Of a DNA stretch of 64,000 nt, positions 46,120 through 55,386 are shown one piece after another. Under the pieces are notes generated by a model that had not been told where the DNA came from, made no database searches, and worked only from the letters and a program-made list of their open reading frames with translations. Source of the DNA: Lachnospiraceae bacterium (GTDB taxonomy: Bacteria; Bacillota; Clostridia; Lachnospirales; Lachnospiraceae); the NCBI GenBank assembly GCA_017622795.1, contig JAGAQI010000075.1:6477-70476 (forward strand). The letters run 5' to 3'. The first letter of the stretch is position 1. The number at the start of each line of letters is the position of its first letter. Position numbers and translations under genes: made by a program.

Positions 46120-46638
46120 ATGGGGAATCAGGACAGTGGTAAAAAGCCAATTAATGCAAAAACAATTATGCAGGAGAAGAATGAGCAGGAAAAAGCAAAA
46201 AAATATAATAAATATGTGGAAAATAAAACGCCGAAGCCGGATTTGTTGAAGGATATGTTTAACGCGTTTTGGGTGGGCGGAGTAATCTGTACCATTGGAC
46301 AGGCATTTACAAATTTCTATTCTTCTAAAGGACTGGCAGAAGAGGATGCAGCCGCATATACTACCATTTCTCTGATTTTGCTGGCAGTGCTATTGACCGC
46401 TTTTAACGTTTTTTCAAAGATTACAAAAATCGGTGGTGCAGGAAGTCTGGTTCCGATTACCGGGTTTGCGAACTCTGTGGCAGCACCCGCCATTGAATTT
46501 GGCGTGGAAGGCGAGGTCTATGGTAAAGGTTGCAAAATTTTTACCATTGCCGGACCGGTAATTTTATTTGGTATTTTTTCAAGCTGGGTATTGGGATTTA
46601 TATACTGGATAGGAATGATAACAGGAGTGGTTGGATAA
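46120..46638 (+). CDS. spoVAC: Stage V sporulation protein AC
   Basis: ATG 46120 behind GGAGGT; FWVGGVICTIGQ and GAGSLVPITGFANS blocks typical of SpoVAC. Confidence 0.85.
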   Translation: MGNQDSGKKPINAKTIMQEKNEQEKAKKYNKYVENKTPKPDLLKDMFNAFWVGGVICTIGQAFTNFYSSKGLAEEDAAAYTTISLILLAVLLTAFNVFSKITKIGGAGSLVPITGFANSVAAPAIEFGVEGEVYGKGCKIFTIAGPVILFGIFSSWVLGFIYWIGMITGVVG

Positions 46639-46657
46639 CTGCTCCTGTTTTATTATT
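46620..46657 (+). terminator. Intrinsic terminator
   Basis: ACAGGAG (46621-46627) / CTCCTGT (46642-46648) followed by TTTTATTATT. Confidence 0.6.
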
Positions 46658-46760
46658 ACTTGCTTAAGTTATGGTAAAGATTTGGTAAAGACAATTGCTT
46701 TTGATTTTTTATTCATGTATACTGAAATAGTATGATGATAAATTACTTTGGAAAGGGAAG

Positions 46761-48290
46761 TTGCGTGTGAGATTAAACAAATTATTGATGGAAAAAGTGT
46801 ATGAATCCATTGCTGCCGTGTTACCGATTACGGCGATAGTACTTGCTTTAAGCATCAGTATTGCGCCCTTAACGCCGGGAACCTGGACGTTATTCTTTTT
46901 TGGCGCGTTACTGCTTATTTTTGGTATGGGCTTGTTTACACTTGGTGTTGACATGTCTATGATTCCAATGGGCGAAGGTATCGGTGTAATGATGAGTAAG
47001 GCAAAAAAATATGCGATACCACTTATTATTTGTTTTGTTTTGGGTGTAGTTATTACTATTGCGGAGCCTGATTTAACGGTACTTGCCAACCAGGTGCCAT
47101 CCATTCCGAATATGGTGCTTATTTTGACCGTTGCAGTGGGGGTTGGTCTGTTTCTTATGTTGGCACAAGTACGTATCAGGAAGCAGATTCCGCTGTCATA
47201 TTTACTTGTGTTTTTTTATGTGACGGTTTTTATTTTAGCTTTTATCATTCCAAAGAATTTCGTTCCGGTATCCTTCGATTCCGGCGGTGTTACCACCGGA
47301 CCTATCACGGTTCCGTTTATTATGGCTCTTGGTATTGGTATGGCTTCTGTCAGAAGTGATAAAAATTCCAGTACGGACAGCTTCGGTTTAACTGCCCTTT
47401 GCAGTGTGGGACCGATTCTTGCAGTTATGATTCTTGGTATTTGTTATAAGCCGGAAGATGCTTCTTATACGCCGGTATCCCTGGTGGAACTGGACACCAC
47501 TAAGGAAGTGGCACGGGAGTTTTTGCGGGCATTTCCTCATTATGCGGAAGAGGTAGCTATTGCGATTATTCCGATTGTGATAATGTTTGTGATTTTCCAG
47601 GCAATTTCTAAACGATTCCACAAGCATCAGATTCTTCGAATTGTATTAGGTCTTATTTATACATACATTGGTTTAGTTATGTTTTTAACCGGTGTTAATG
47701 TAGGATTTATGCCGGCCGGTCAGTTTATCGGACAGTCTCTGGCAGGGGGTGCTGTACCTTTCCTGCTTATTCCGATTGGTGCCCTTATCGGTTATTACAT
47801 TGTAAAAGCAGAGCCGGCGGTTCGTGTGCTTACCAAGCAGGTAGAAGAAATTACGAACGGTTCCATATCCCAGAAATCTTTAGGAACGGCGCTTTCCATC
47901 GGTATAGCGGTGTCGGTAGGTTTGGCGATGCTTCGTATTTTAACCGGACTTAACATTATGTATTTTTTAGTGCCGGGATATGCTGTTTCTTTAATCATGA
48001 CATTTTTTGTACCACAGATTTTCACCGGTATTGCCTTCGACTCCGGCGGTGTTGCCAGTGGTCCGATGACAACTACCTTTTTGCTTCCGCTTGCTATGGG
48101 TGCCTGTGAAGCAGCAGGTGGCAACATTTTAACCGATGCGTTTGGTATTGTGGCCATGGTTGCCATGACTCCGTTACTTACCATTCAGTTGTTAGGTCTT
48201 TACAGTAAAATTAAGAAAAAGCTGGCAAAGCACCAACAGATTTCTTTGGAGTATCTGGAAGACTGTATTGTATTCTTTGATGAAAATTAG
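46761..48290 (+). CDS. DUF1538-family membrane protein; start uncertain (TTG 46761 or GTG 46767)
   Basis: 509 aa polytopic; internal duplication marked by SFDSGGVTTGPITVPF and AFDSGGVASGPMTTTF. Confidence 0.75.
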   Translation: MRVRLNKLLMEKVYESIAAVLPITAIVLALSISIAPLTPGTWTLFFFGALLLIFGMGLFTLGVDMSMIPMGEGIGVMMSKAKKYAIPLIICFVLGVVITIAEPDLTVLANQVPSIPNMVLILTVAVGVGLFLMLAQVRIRKQIPLSYLLVFFYVTVFILAFIIPKNFVPVSFDSGGVTTGPITVPFIMALGIGMASVRSDKNSSTDSFGLTALCSVGPILAVMILGICYKPEDASYTPVSLVELDTTKEVAREFLRAFPHYAEEVAIAIIPIVIMFVIFQAISKRFHKHQILRIVLGLIYTYIGLVMFLTGVNVGFMPAGQFIGQSLAGGAVPFLLIPIGALIGYYIVKAEPAVRVLTKQVEEITNGSISQKSLGTALSIGIAVSVGLAMLRILTGLNIMYFLVPGYAVSLIMTFFVPQIFTGIAFDSGGVASGPMTTTFLLPLAMGACEAAGGNILTDAFGIVAMVAMTPLLTIQLLGLYSKIKKKLAKHQQISLEYLEDCIVFFDEN

Positions 48291-48304
48291 AAAGGAGGAG
48301 GCTT

Positions 48305-48976
48305 ATGGCTAAAACAGGAGCAATGAAGCTGATGGTCAGCTTTGTAGAGCGCGGTCAGGGTAATGACCTGGCAAAATTTTATGCAGAGCATAACGTAAAC
48401 TTTAATTACCGCTGTGTAGGCGTTGGTACTGCCTCTTCCGACTTATTGGATGTCCTTGGTATCGGTTCTGCGGAAAAAGATGTAATTTTCAGTCTGGCTT
48501 CCAAAGTAAATGCGGAGCGTCTGATGACAAGACTGACAGACAGCCTTCGGAGTATCAGAGAAAAAGGTATTGTGTTTACGATGCCGTTAACCGGTTTAAA
48601 TAACGTGGTAGCAACCGTATTGGAACGTCAGGGTGATGTAGAGAATAAAGGAGGAAATGACATGGATGCTAACGTGGCAAACAGTCTGGTTCTTGTTATG
48701 GTGAATCAGGGCAATACCGACGAGGTTATGAATACAGCAAGAGCAGCCGGTGCCAGGGGAGGTACAATTATCCGTTCCCGATTTATGGGTGTGGAAGAAT
48801 TAGACGGTCTGTATGAAAGCATGCAGGAGGGAGAAAAGGAGATTATCGCCATGGTGGTGCCAACTGCACAGAGAAACACCATTATGGAAACTATTAATAA
48901 AAAGCATGGATTAAAAAACGAAGCGGGTGCAGTGCTCCTGTCATTAGGTATTGACCAGATAGCGAAACTTGGATAA
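48305..48976 (+). CDS. P-II-like regulatory protein (two-domain), partner of the DUF1538 protein
   Basis: 223 aa; two ~100-aa halves of beta-alpha-beta type; known DUF1538/P-II gene pairing. Confidence 0.65.
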   Translation: MAKTGAMKLMVSFVERGQGNDLAKFYAEHNVNFNYRCVGVGTASSDLLDVLGIGSAEKDVIFSLASKVNAERLMTRLTDSLRSIREKGIVFTMPLTGLNNVVATVLERQGDVENKGGNDMDANVANSLVLVMVNQGNTDEVMNTARAAGARGGTIIRSRFMGVEELDGLYESMQEGEKEIIAMVVPTAQRNTIMETINKKHGLKNEAGAVLLSLGIDQIAKLG

Positions 48977-48981
48977 AATGA

Positions 48982-49018
48982 AAGGGAACATTTATCTTTT
49001 GTAAATGTTCCCTTTTAC
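48982..49018 (+). terminator. Intrinsic terminator
   Basis: AAGGGAACATTTA / TAAATGTTCCCTT stem followed by TTAC; weak T tract. Confidence 0.6.
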
Positions 49019-49058
49019 TGTGTGTAACAGGCAGAAAAGAGAGAAGCGGAGAAAAGGT

Positions 49059-51122
49059 ATGGAGTACAAATTTAAAAATTATGAGAAAAAAGAGTTATTG
49101 AGAAACCACATTAAGGTAGGAGGAGCCGACAACAAAGGCAACCGCATTGATGTGACAAATTTATATTTTGAGAAAAACGGAAAACCATGGATTGGCGTTA
49201 TGGGCGAGTTTCATTTTGCACGTTGTAAAAAAGAAAACTGGAATGATGTTTTGTGTAAAATGAAGGCCGGTGGAGTCACAGTAGTGGCGACCTATCTGTT
49301 TTGGATTTATCATGAAGAAATGGAGGGACAATTTGACTTTTCCGGTGATTTGGATATCCGGGCATTTATTTTAGAGTGTCAAAAGGTGGGCTTGGAAGTG
49401 GTTATCCGAATCGGTCCTTGGGCCCATGGCGAGTGCAGAAACGGCGGCTTCCCGGACTGGCTGATGGAAAAGCCTTATGCTCTTCGCGACAATAACCCGG
49501 ACTATATGGCAAAGGCAAGAATTTTTTATGAAAAGATTTTTGAGCAGGTAAAAGGGCTGTTTTATAAGGACGGCGGCAATATCATCGGTATTCAGTTTGA
49601 AAATGAACTGGTAGACAATGCAGAACATCTGCTGTCATTAAAGAACATGGCGCTGGAAATCGGATATGAAGCACCGCTGTATACAGTTACCGGTTGGAAC
49701 AGTCAGTATGGTGCAAAAATTCCAGTGGATGAGGTGGTACCGGTATTTGCGGCTTATCCGGAAGCTCCGTGGTCTGATACCACAGAAAGATTACCATTGT
49801 CTCCGCATTATGCGTTTAATCAAATGAGAAATGATTCTGCCGTTGGCGTGGATTTAATCAAGGCATCTGATGAGGATGGCTGGCGTCTTCCGTACGAGCG
49901 TTATCCGTTTGCTACTTGTGAACTGGGTGGCGGTATGCAGGTGACCCATCACCGCAGACCATTAATCAAAGGGATGGATATTTACGCCATGTCCCTTTGT
50001 AAGCTTGGTTCCGGCAATAATTTAATCGGTTACTATATGTATGTAGGCGGCACCAATAAGATTGGCAAACTGTCTACGTTCCAGGAGAGCAAGGCAAGCG
50101 GGTATCCAAATGACTACAGCATTTTGTCCTATGACTTCCAAACTATGATTTCCGAATACGGTGAACTCCGGGAACAGTATCGCTTGACTAATTTGTTACA
50201 CCTGTTTGCTCAGGACTTTGGCGAGATTCTGGCACCAATGACTACGGTAGACAGCGAAACAGCGGTTTCTGTGGAGAATATGGATTCTTTACGATACAGC
50301 ATGCGTACCGACGGTAAAAGCGGCTTTATCTTTGTGAACCATTATCAACGTCTGGCAAAGTTAAATGATGTAAAAGATGTGGTGATTGATACCGGAAGCG
50401 TGAAGTTTCCTGCGTTTGACGTGAAGGGGGACGTGGCTTTTGTATTACCATATAATATTATGCTTGGCAACGAAAAACTGGAATATGCAACTGCACAGCC
50501 GATTTGTAACTGCGGCAACACCTATTTCTTTGCGGAAATTCCGGGCATTACGGCAGAATACAAATTTGCAGGACGGGAAGTATTAACCGAAAATGGCAGG
50601 GGTAATACGGTACTTACCATTGGAGAGGTTCAGGTTGTTACCATAAAGTGGGAACTGGCAAGATATCTCCGTAAGCTGGATGGCAAGATATATCTTGGCG
50701 CAGAATGCGACCTGGTCTATAAGGACGGTGAAGTTGTTTCTGCAGCTCCGGGTGAGTTTATGTACTTCTTATGGAACGGAACTGAGTTTGAAAAGAAAAC
50801 CGGCGGAGCATCTTATAACCGGGCAGAAATCAGTATTGTTCCGCTAAACGCAGCTCCGTTTGAACCAAAATATATGGAGCAGCTGCAGTTTAACGGTCCA
50901 AGAAAAGTAGAGTACAGCAAGATTTCCGTAACTACAGAGGAGGGCTTTGTGGAAATTCCGAACGTGGGTGATGTGCTGCAGCTTTATACTGCAGAGAATG
51001 AATTGCTGGCGGACAATTTCTACTATGGAAAGCCTTGGAGACTTCCGGCAAGTCTGATTTATGGCAAGGAATGTATTTTGGCGGTATCGGAACTGAAGGA
51101 TGATTTTTATAAAGAAATATAA
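49059..51122 (+). CDS. Glycoside hydrolase family 35 beta-galactosidase-like
   Basis: ATG 49059 (MEYKFKNY); GKPW...GEFHFAR...KAGG...TYLFW..HEE..GQFDFSG...IGPW..GEC.NGGFPDWL and IQFENE acid/base motif. Confidence 0.85.
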   Translation: MEYKFKNYEKKELLRNHIKVGGADNKGNRIDVTNLYFEKNGKPWIGVMGEFHFARCKKENWNDVLCKMKAGGVTVVATYLFWIYHEEMEGQFDFSGDLDIRAFILECQKVGLEVVIRIGPWAHGECRNGGFPDWLMEKPYALRDNNPDYMAKARIFYEKIFEQVKGLFYKDGGNIIGIQFENELVDNAEHLLSLKNMALEIGYEAPLYTVTGWNSQYGAKIPVDEVVPVFAAYPEAPWSDTTERLPLSPHYAFNQMRNDSAVGVDLIKASDEDGWRLPYERYPFATCELGGGMQVTHHRRPLIKGMDIYAMSLCKLGSGNNLIGYYMYVGGTNKIGKLSTFQESKASGYPNDYSILSYDFQTMISEYGELREQYRLTNLLHLFAQDFGEILAPMTTVDSETAVSVENMDSLRYSMRTDGKSGFIFVNHYQRLAKLNDVKDVVIDTGSVKFPAFDVKGDVAFVLPYNIMLGNEKLEYATAQPICNCGNTYFFAEIPGITAEYKFAGREVLTENGRGNTVLTIGEVQVVTIKWELARYLRKLDGKIYLGAECDLVYKDGEVVSAAPGEFMYFLWNGTEFEKKTGGASYNRAEISIVPLNAAPFEPKYMEQLQFNGPRKVEYSKISVTTEEGFVEIPNVGDVLQLYTAENELLADNFYYGKPWRLPASLIYGKECILAVSELKDDFYKEI

Positions 51123-51168
51123 CAAATTCTATTGTACAAAAAAGTAAATAAAACAAGTAGCTTCATAG

Positions 51169-51258
51169 AAAAAAAGAATTCCGATTATTTCAAAGCAACG
51201 ACCTCGGCGGGGCTTGCCCCGGCCGGAGAGTGCGTGAAATAATCGGAATTCTTTTTTT
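51169..51258. terminator. Composite bidirectional terminator between convergent genes
   Basis: AAAAAAGAATTCCGATTATTTCA (51169-51192) pairs with TGAAATAATCGGAATTCTTTTTTT (51235-51258); inner GC hairpin GGGGC-tt-GCCCC. Confidence 0.75.
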
Positions 51259-51270
51259 GAAAAACTTGTT

Positions 51271-52731
51271 TTACTTACTTTTCGGTTCGTTCGTGACATC
51301 GCATTTCAGTTTTTTGAAAATCTTCTTATCCTGAGAAGATAAAATTACACTGGAATGTACCTGACTGCCACGCAGCTTGGATAACTGCTGCAGTACTTGA
51401 AATGCTTCTTTGTTCACTGCTGCATTGGATGATAGGGCAATCAGCATTTCGTCTGTATGGAGACGTGGGTTTTTACTGCCAAGATACTGTGTTTTTAAAG
51501 TCTGGATAGGAGATAAGGACTCCGGAGACAGGACCTTTTGCGCATGAGGAATTCCGGCCAGATGCTTTAAGGAATTCATTAAGGTAGCGGCACTGGCCCC
51601 AAGTAAGTCGCCGGTTTTGCCGGTAATGATGGTACCGTCAGGAAGCTCGATGGCAACAGCCGGAGCATTGGTACGTGCTGCACGTTCTAAGGCTGGTCCT
51701 ACCGGCTTGCGGTCTGCCGGGGATAAATTTTCGTTACTCATAATCAGGTTGATTTTGTTAAGCTCTTCCTGACTGCGGGTTCCTTCGGCTACACCGGATA
51801 ATGCCTGATAATAACGGCGGATAATTTCCTGATGGGAAGCAGCACGACAGGCGTCATCATCAAAGATACAGTTGCCTACCTGGTTTACACCCATATCGGT
51901 TGGGGAAGCATAAGGGCTGGTTCCGTAAATTTTCATGAACATAGCATTTAACACCGGGAAGATTTCTACGTCGCGGTTGTAGTTTACGGTAGTTTCACCA
52001 TAAGCCTTTAAATGGTATGGGTCAATCATGTTGACATCGTTTAAGTCAGCAGTGGCCGCTTCATATGCCAGGTTAACCGGATGGTCTAACGGAAGATTCC
52101 ATACCGGGAATGTTTCAAATTTTGCATAGCCTGCACGGATACCATGCTTATGTTCGTGATAAAGCTGGGAAAGACAGGTACACATTTTGCCGCTGCCGGG
52201 ACCCGGTGCGGTAACCACAACCAACGGACGGGTGGTTTCAATATAATCATTTTTACCAAAGCCTTCGTCGCTGACAATAAACGGAACATTGGTTGGGTAG
52301 CCGGGAATCATATAGTGATGATATACCGGAATGCCCATTTTTGCCAAACGGGTTTGGAATTTTGTTGCACTTATTTGGTTTGCAAACATAGAAAGCACAA
52401 CGCTGCCGACATATAATCCTCTGGAACGGAACTCGTTAATCAGGCGGATTACATCTTCATCGTAAGTGATTCCAAGATCGGCACGTATTTTGTTACGTTC
52501 AATATCGTCGGCACTTACCACGATAACAATTTCTGCCTGGTCTGCTACGGTCATTAACATTTGCAGCTTACTGTCTGCGGCAAATCCCGGCAGTACTCTG
52601 GAGGCATGGTAATCGTCAAATAATTTTCCGCCAAACTCCAGATATAGCTTGTTATCGAATTTTCCGATACGTTCCATAATGTGTTCCGACTGCGTTTTAA
52701 GGTATTTTTCATTATCAAATCCGATTTGCAT
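51271..52731 (-). CDS. DUF1846 (UPF0371) family protein
   Basis: Start at MQIGFDNEKYL (52731) behind GGAATGAGGGA; FDNKLYLEFGGKLFDDYHASRVLPGF block typical of UPF0371. Confidence 0.8.
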   Translation of the reverse strand: MQIGFDNEKYLKTQSEHIMERIGKFDNKLYLEFGGKLFDDYHASRVLPGFAADSKLQMLMTVADQAEIVIVVSADDIERNKIRADLGITYDEDVIRLINEFRSRGLYVGSVVLSMFANQISATKFQTRLAKMGIPVYHHYMIPGYPTNVPFIVSDEGFGKNDYIETTRPLVVVTAPGPGSGKMCTCLSQLYHEHKHGIRAGYAKFETFPVWNLPLDHPVNLAYEAATADLNDVNMIDPYHLKAYGETTVNYNRDVEIFPVLNAMFMKIYGTSPYASPTDMGVNQVGNCIFDDDACRAASHQEIIRRYYQALSGVAEGTRSQEELNKINLIMSNENLSPADRKPVGPALERAARTNAPAVAIELPDGTIITGKTGDLLGASAATLMNSLKHLAGIPHAQKVLSPESLSPIQTLKTQYLGSKNPRLHTDEMLIALSSNAAVNKEAFQVLQQLSKLRGSQVHSSVILSSQDKKIFKKLKCDVTNEPKSK

Positions 52732-52884
52732 AAGTCCCTCATTCCCCGCGTGTTGCGGCATGTTGTGGTGAAATACATTTAAAAAACAACTTTTAGTATA
52801 CCACAAAGAGTTTGGTTTCTCAATAAATAATTATACTCATTTAAAAAAAGATTTTTATGGGACGCGGAAAAATGTCGATTGCAG

Positions 52885-52913
52885 TTGAAAATTTGTTCAG
52901 GTAATGCTACAAT
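52885..52913 (+). promoter_or_regulatory. Sigma-A type promoter
   Basis: TTGAAA (52885-52890), 17-nt spacer, TACAAT (52908-52913). Confidence 0.5.
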
Positions 52914-52945
52914 AAATGTAATCTAATTTGAAAGGAGATATAAAG

Positions 52946-53170
52946 ATGGGCATTCTTTGGACAATTCTTATGGGTGCTTTAACCGGTTGGCTGGCAGGCA
53001 AAATTATGAAGAGCCAGGGGGGTTGGATCAGAAATATCATCATCGGTGTAATCGGTGGTTTTATTTCCGGTTTAATTTTTGGAAGCACTACATTAATCGG
53101 TGGTCTTATTCTTTCTGTTATTTGTACCTGTGTTGTTATTTGGGTATGGGAAAAATACATTAAGAAGTAA
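52946..53170 (+). CDS. GlsB/YeaQ/YmgE family small membrane stress protein
   Basis: ATG 52946 behind AAAGGAGA; MGILWTILMGALTGWLAGKIM...IIIGVIGGFISGLIFG. Confidence 0.8.
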   Translation: MGILWTILMGALTGWLAGKIMKSQGGWIRNIIIGVIGGFISGLIFGSTTLIGGLILSVICTCVVIWVWEKYIKK

Positions 53171-53190
53171 GATACTTACATACGAACAAA

Positions 53191-53231
53191 AAAGGAGACC
53201 GTACGGATTTTACCACATGGTCTCCCTTTTT
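53191..53231 (+). terminator. Intrinsic terminator
   Basis: GGAGACC (53194-53200) / GGTCTCC (53219-53225) followed by CTTTTT. Confidence 0.65.
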
Positions 53232-53252
53232 ACTATATGGAGGAAATTTCAA

Positions 53253-54527
53253 ATGAAATTAAATTATAAACGGACCTTTTTTATTGGCTTTGCTTTTCTT
53301 GCCATCAGTGCTTTCTGGCAGATGTACGATAATATTATTCCGCTGATTTTGCAGAATACCTTTCATTTAAGCGAGTCTGTCATTGGTGTTATTATGGCGG
53401 CGGATAATGTTTTAGCAGTATTTTTACTGCCGATTATCGGTACTTTTTCTGATAAAGTGGACACGCCTCTCGGCAAACGTACACCGTTTATTATCGGTGG
53501 TACCGCTGCGGCAGTTTTAATGATGATGATGCTTCCTACGGCAGATAAAATGGGCAACGTGATTTTATTTATTGTAGCGCTTGGGGCAACACTTCTTGCC
53601 ATGGCAATGTACCGTTCTCCGGCAGTGGCTTTAATGCCTGATTTAACACCGAAGCCTCTCCGCAGTAAGGCGAATGCCATTATTAATTTGATGGGAGCCA
53701 TCGGTGGGGTGTATACACTTATTTTAATCAGTACTTTAGTTGGTGAGGGGAAAACCCCAAGCTATCTTCCGGTATTTCTTGGTGTGGCATTCATTATGGT
53801 GCTTTCCGTAGTCATGCTTCTTTTAACTACTAATGAAAAAAAGATTGCTAAGCAGGTTGCTTTGGAATATCCGGAGCAGGAGGAAGAGGTAAAAACAACA
53901 GCGGACGGCAAGCTGGACCCAGAGGTAAAAAAGAGTCTGATTTTAATTTCATTGTCCGTATTATTCTGGTTTGCTGCATATAATGCAGTAACTACAGCGT
54001 TTTCCCGCTATGCGGTCACCGTGTGGGGAATGGAAAACGGTGGTTATGCCAACTGCCTTATGACAGCAACGGTGGCGGCAATTATCAGCTATATCCCAAT
54101 CGGTATGATTGCTTCTAAAATCGGCAGAAAAAAGACAATTCTTATCGGTATTGCGTTAATGGGTTCCTGTTTTCTGATGGCAGCATTTATGCCGGAATAT
54201 CATCCGATGATTAACGTAGGATTTTGTATGATAGGATTCGGCTGGGCAGCTATCGGTGTAAATTCTCTGCCAATGGTAGTAGAAATGAGTAAAAGCGGGG
54301 ATATTGGTAAATATACGGGATTGTATTACACCTTTTCCATGTTGGCACAGATTGCAACCCCGATTTTGTCCGGTATGCTGCTTGATTTTGTATCCTATCG
54401 CACTTTGTTCCCGTATGCAGTAGTTTTTTCTGTTTTGGCATTCATCACTATGTCCATGGTAAAACATGGTGATAACCGGCCGGAAAAGAAAAAAGATGTA
54501 TTGGAAAATTTTGATGTAGAGGACTAA
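53253..54527 (+). CDS. MFS transporter
   Basis: ATG 53253 behind GGAGGAAA (the track start at 53100 overlaps the previous gene); about 12 TM; MFS loop motif GTFSDKVDTPLGKRTPF. Confidence 0.8.
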   Translation: MKLNYKRTFFIGFAFLAISAFWQMYDNIIPLILQNTFHLSESVIGVIMAADNVLAVFLLPIIGTFSDKVDTPLGKRTPFIIGGTAAAVLMMMMLPTADKMGNVILFIVALGATLLAMAMYRSPAVALMPDLTPKPLRSKANAIINLMGAIGGVYTLILISTLVGEGKTPSYLPVFLGVAFIMVLSVVMLLLTTNEKKIAKQVALEYPEQEEEVKTTADGKLDPEVKKSLILISLSVLFWFAAYNAVTTAFSRYAVTVWGMENGGYANCLMTATVAAIISYIPIGMIASKIGRKKTILIGIALMGSCFLMAAFMPEYHPMINVGFCMIGFGWAAIGVNSLPMVVEMSKSGDIGKYTGLYYTFSMLAQIATPILSGMLLDFVSYRTLFPYAVVFSVLAFITMSMVKHGDNRPEKKKDVLENFDVED

Positions 54528-54549
54528 TTTTTGTTTGGAGTTTTGACGT

Positions 54550-55359
54550 ATGACAGTTAGTATTTGTGTTGTTGTAATTCTTGTGATATTATACAACTTT
54601 TTAATTATGCCACGCTTTACACCCCGGCCAATGCACGAATTTAAAGGCTGGCTGTATGCTCATCGGGGATTCCACGATAATAACTCCGATGCTCCGGAAA
54701 ATTCTGCAAAAGCAATGAAGCTTGCGGTAGAAAAAGGCTATGGCATAGAATTGGATGTTCAGCTTACTAAAGATGAAAAGGTAGTGGTATTCCATGATGC
54801 GACCTTAAAGCGTGTCTGCGGAGTGGATGCACCGGTGAATTCCATGACTTATGAGGAACTGCAACAATTGCGCTTGTTGGATTCTGATGAAAAAATACCA
54901 TTGTTCTCAGAGGTATTAAAAATTATTGACGGAAAAGTTCCTCTGATTATGGAAGTAAAGATGGTAAATACAAAAACAAGAGTATGTGAGCTTGCAAATA
55001 AAGAATTGGAAACCTATAAAGGAATTTACTGCATGGAGTCGTTTCATCCTTTTGCGGTACAGTGGTATAAAAAGAACCGGCCGGATGTGGTCAGAGGTCA
55101 GCTTTCTGCTAACTTTAAAAAAGAGGGTCAGAAGGAAGGCTTTCAGGAGTGGCTGGTGCATATGCTTTTGACAAATGTTTTGGCACGTCCGGATTTTGTG
55201 GCGTATTCCCATAAATCCGCAAATAATATCAGCAGAAGATTAACCCGTAGGTATGGGGCAACAGCGGTGGCATGGACCATCCGTTCCCAAGAGGAGTTAG
55301 ATAAAAACCGTAAGAAATTTGACCTATTTATTTTTGAAAGCTTTGTTCCGAAAAAATAA
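54550..55359 (+). CDS. Glycerophosphodiester phosphodiesterase family protein (membrane-anchored)
   Basis: 269 aa; N-terminal TM; AHRGFH..APENS and ELDVQLTKD, VVFHD motifs. Confidence 0.85.
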   Translation: MTVSICVVVILVILYNFLIMPRFTPRPMHEFKGWLYAHRGFHDNNSDAPENSAKAMKLAVEKGYGIELDVQLTKDEKVVVFHDATLKRVCGVDAPVNSMTYEELQQLRLLDSDEKIPLFSEVLKIIDGKVPLIMEVKMVNTKTRVCELANKELETYKGIYCMESFHPFAVQWYKKNRPDVVRGQLSANFKKEGQKEGFQEWLVHMLLTNVLARPDFVAYSHKSANNISRRLTRRYGATAVAWTIRSQEELDKNRKKFDLFIFESFVPKK

Positions 55360-55386
55360 GCAGAAAAACAGAAAGAAGGACTTTAC

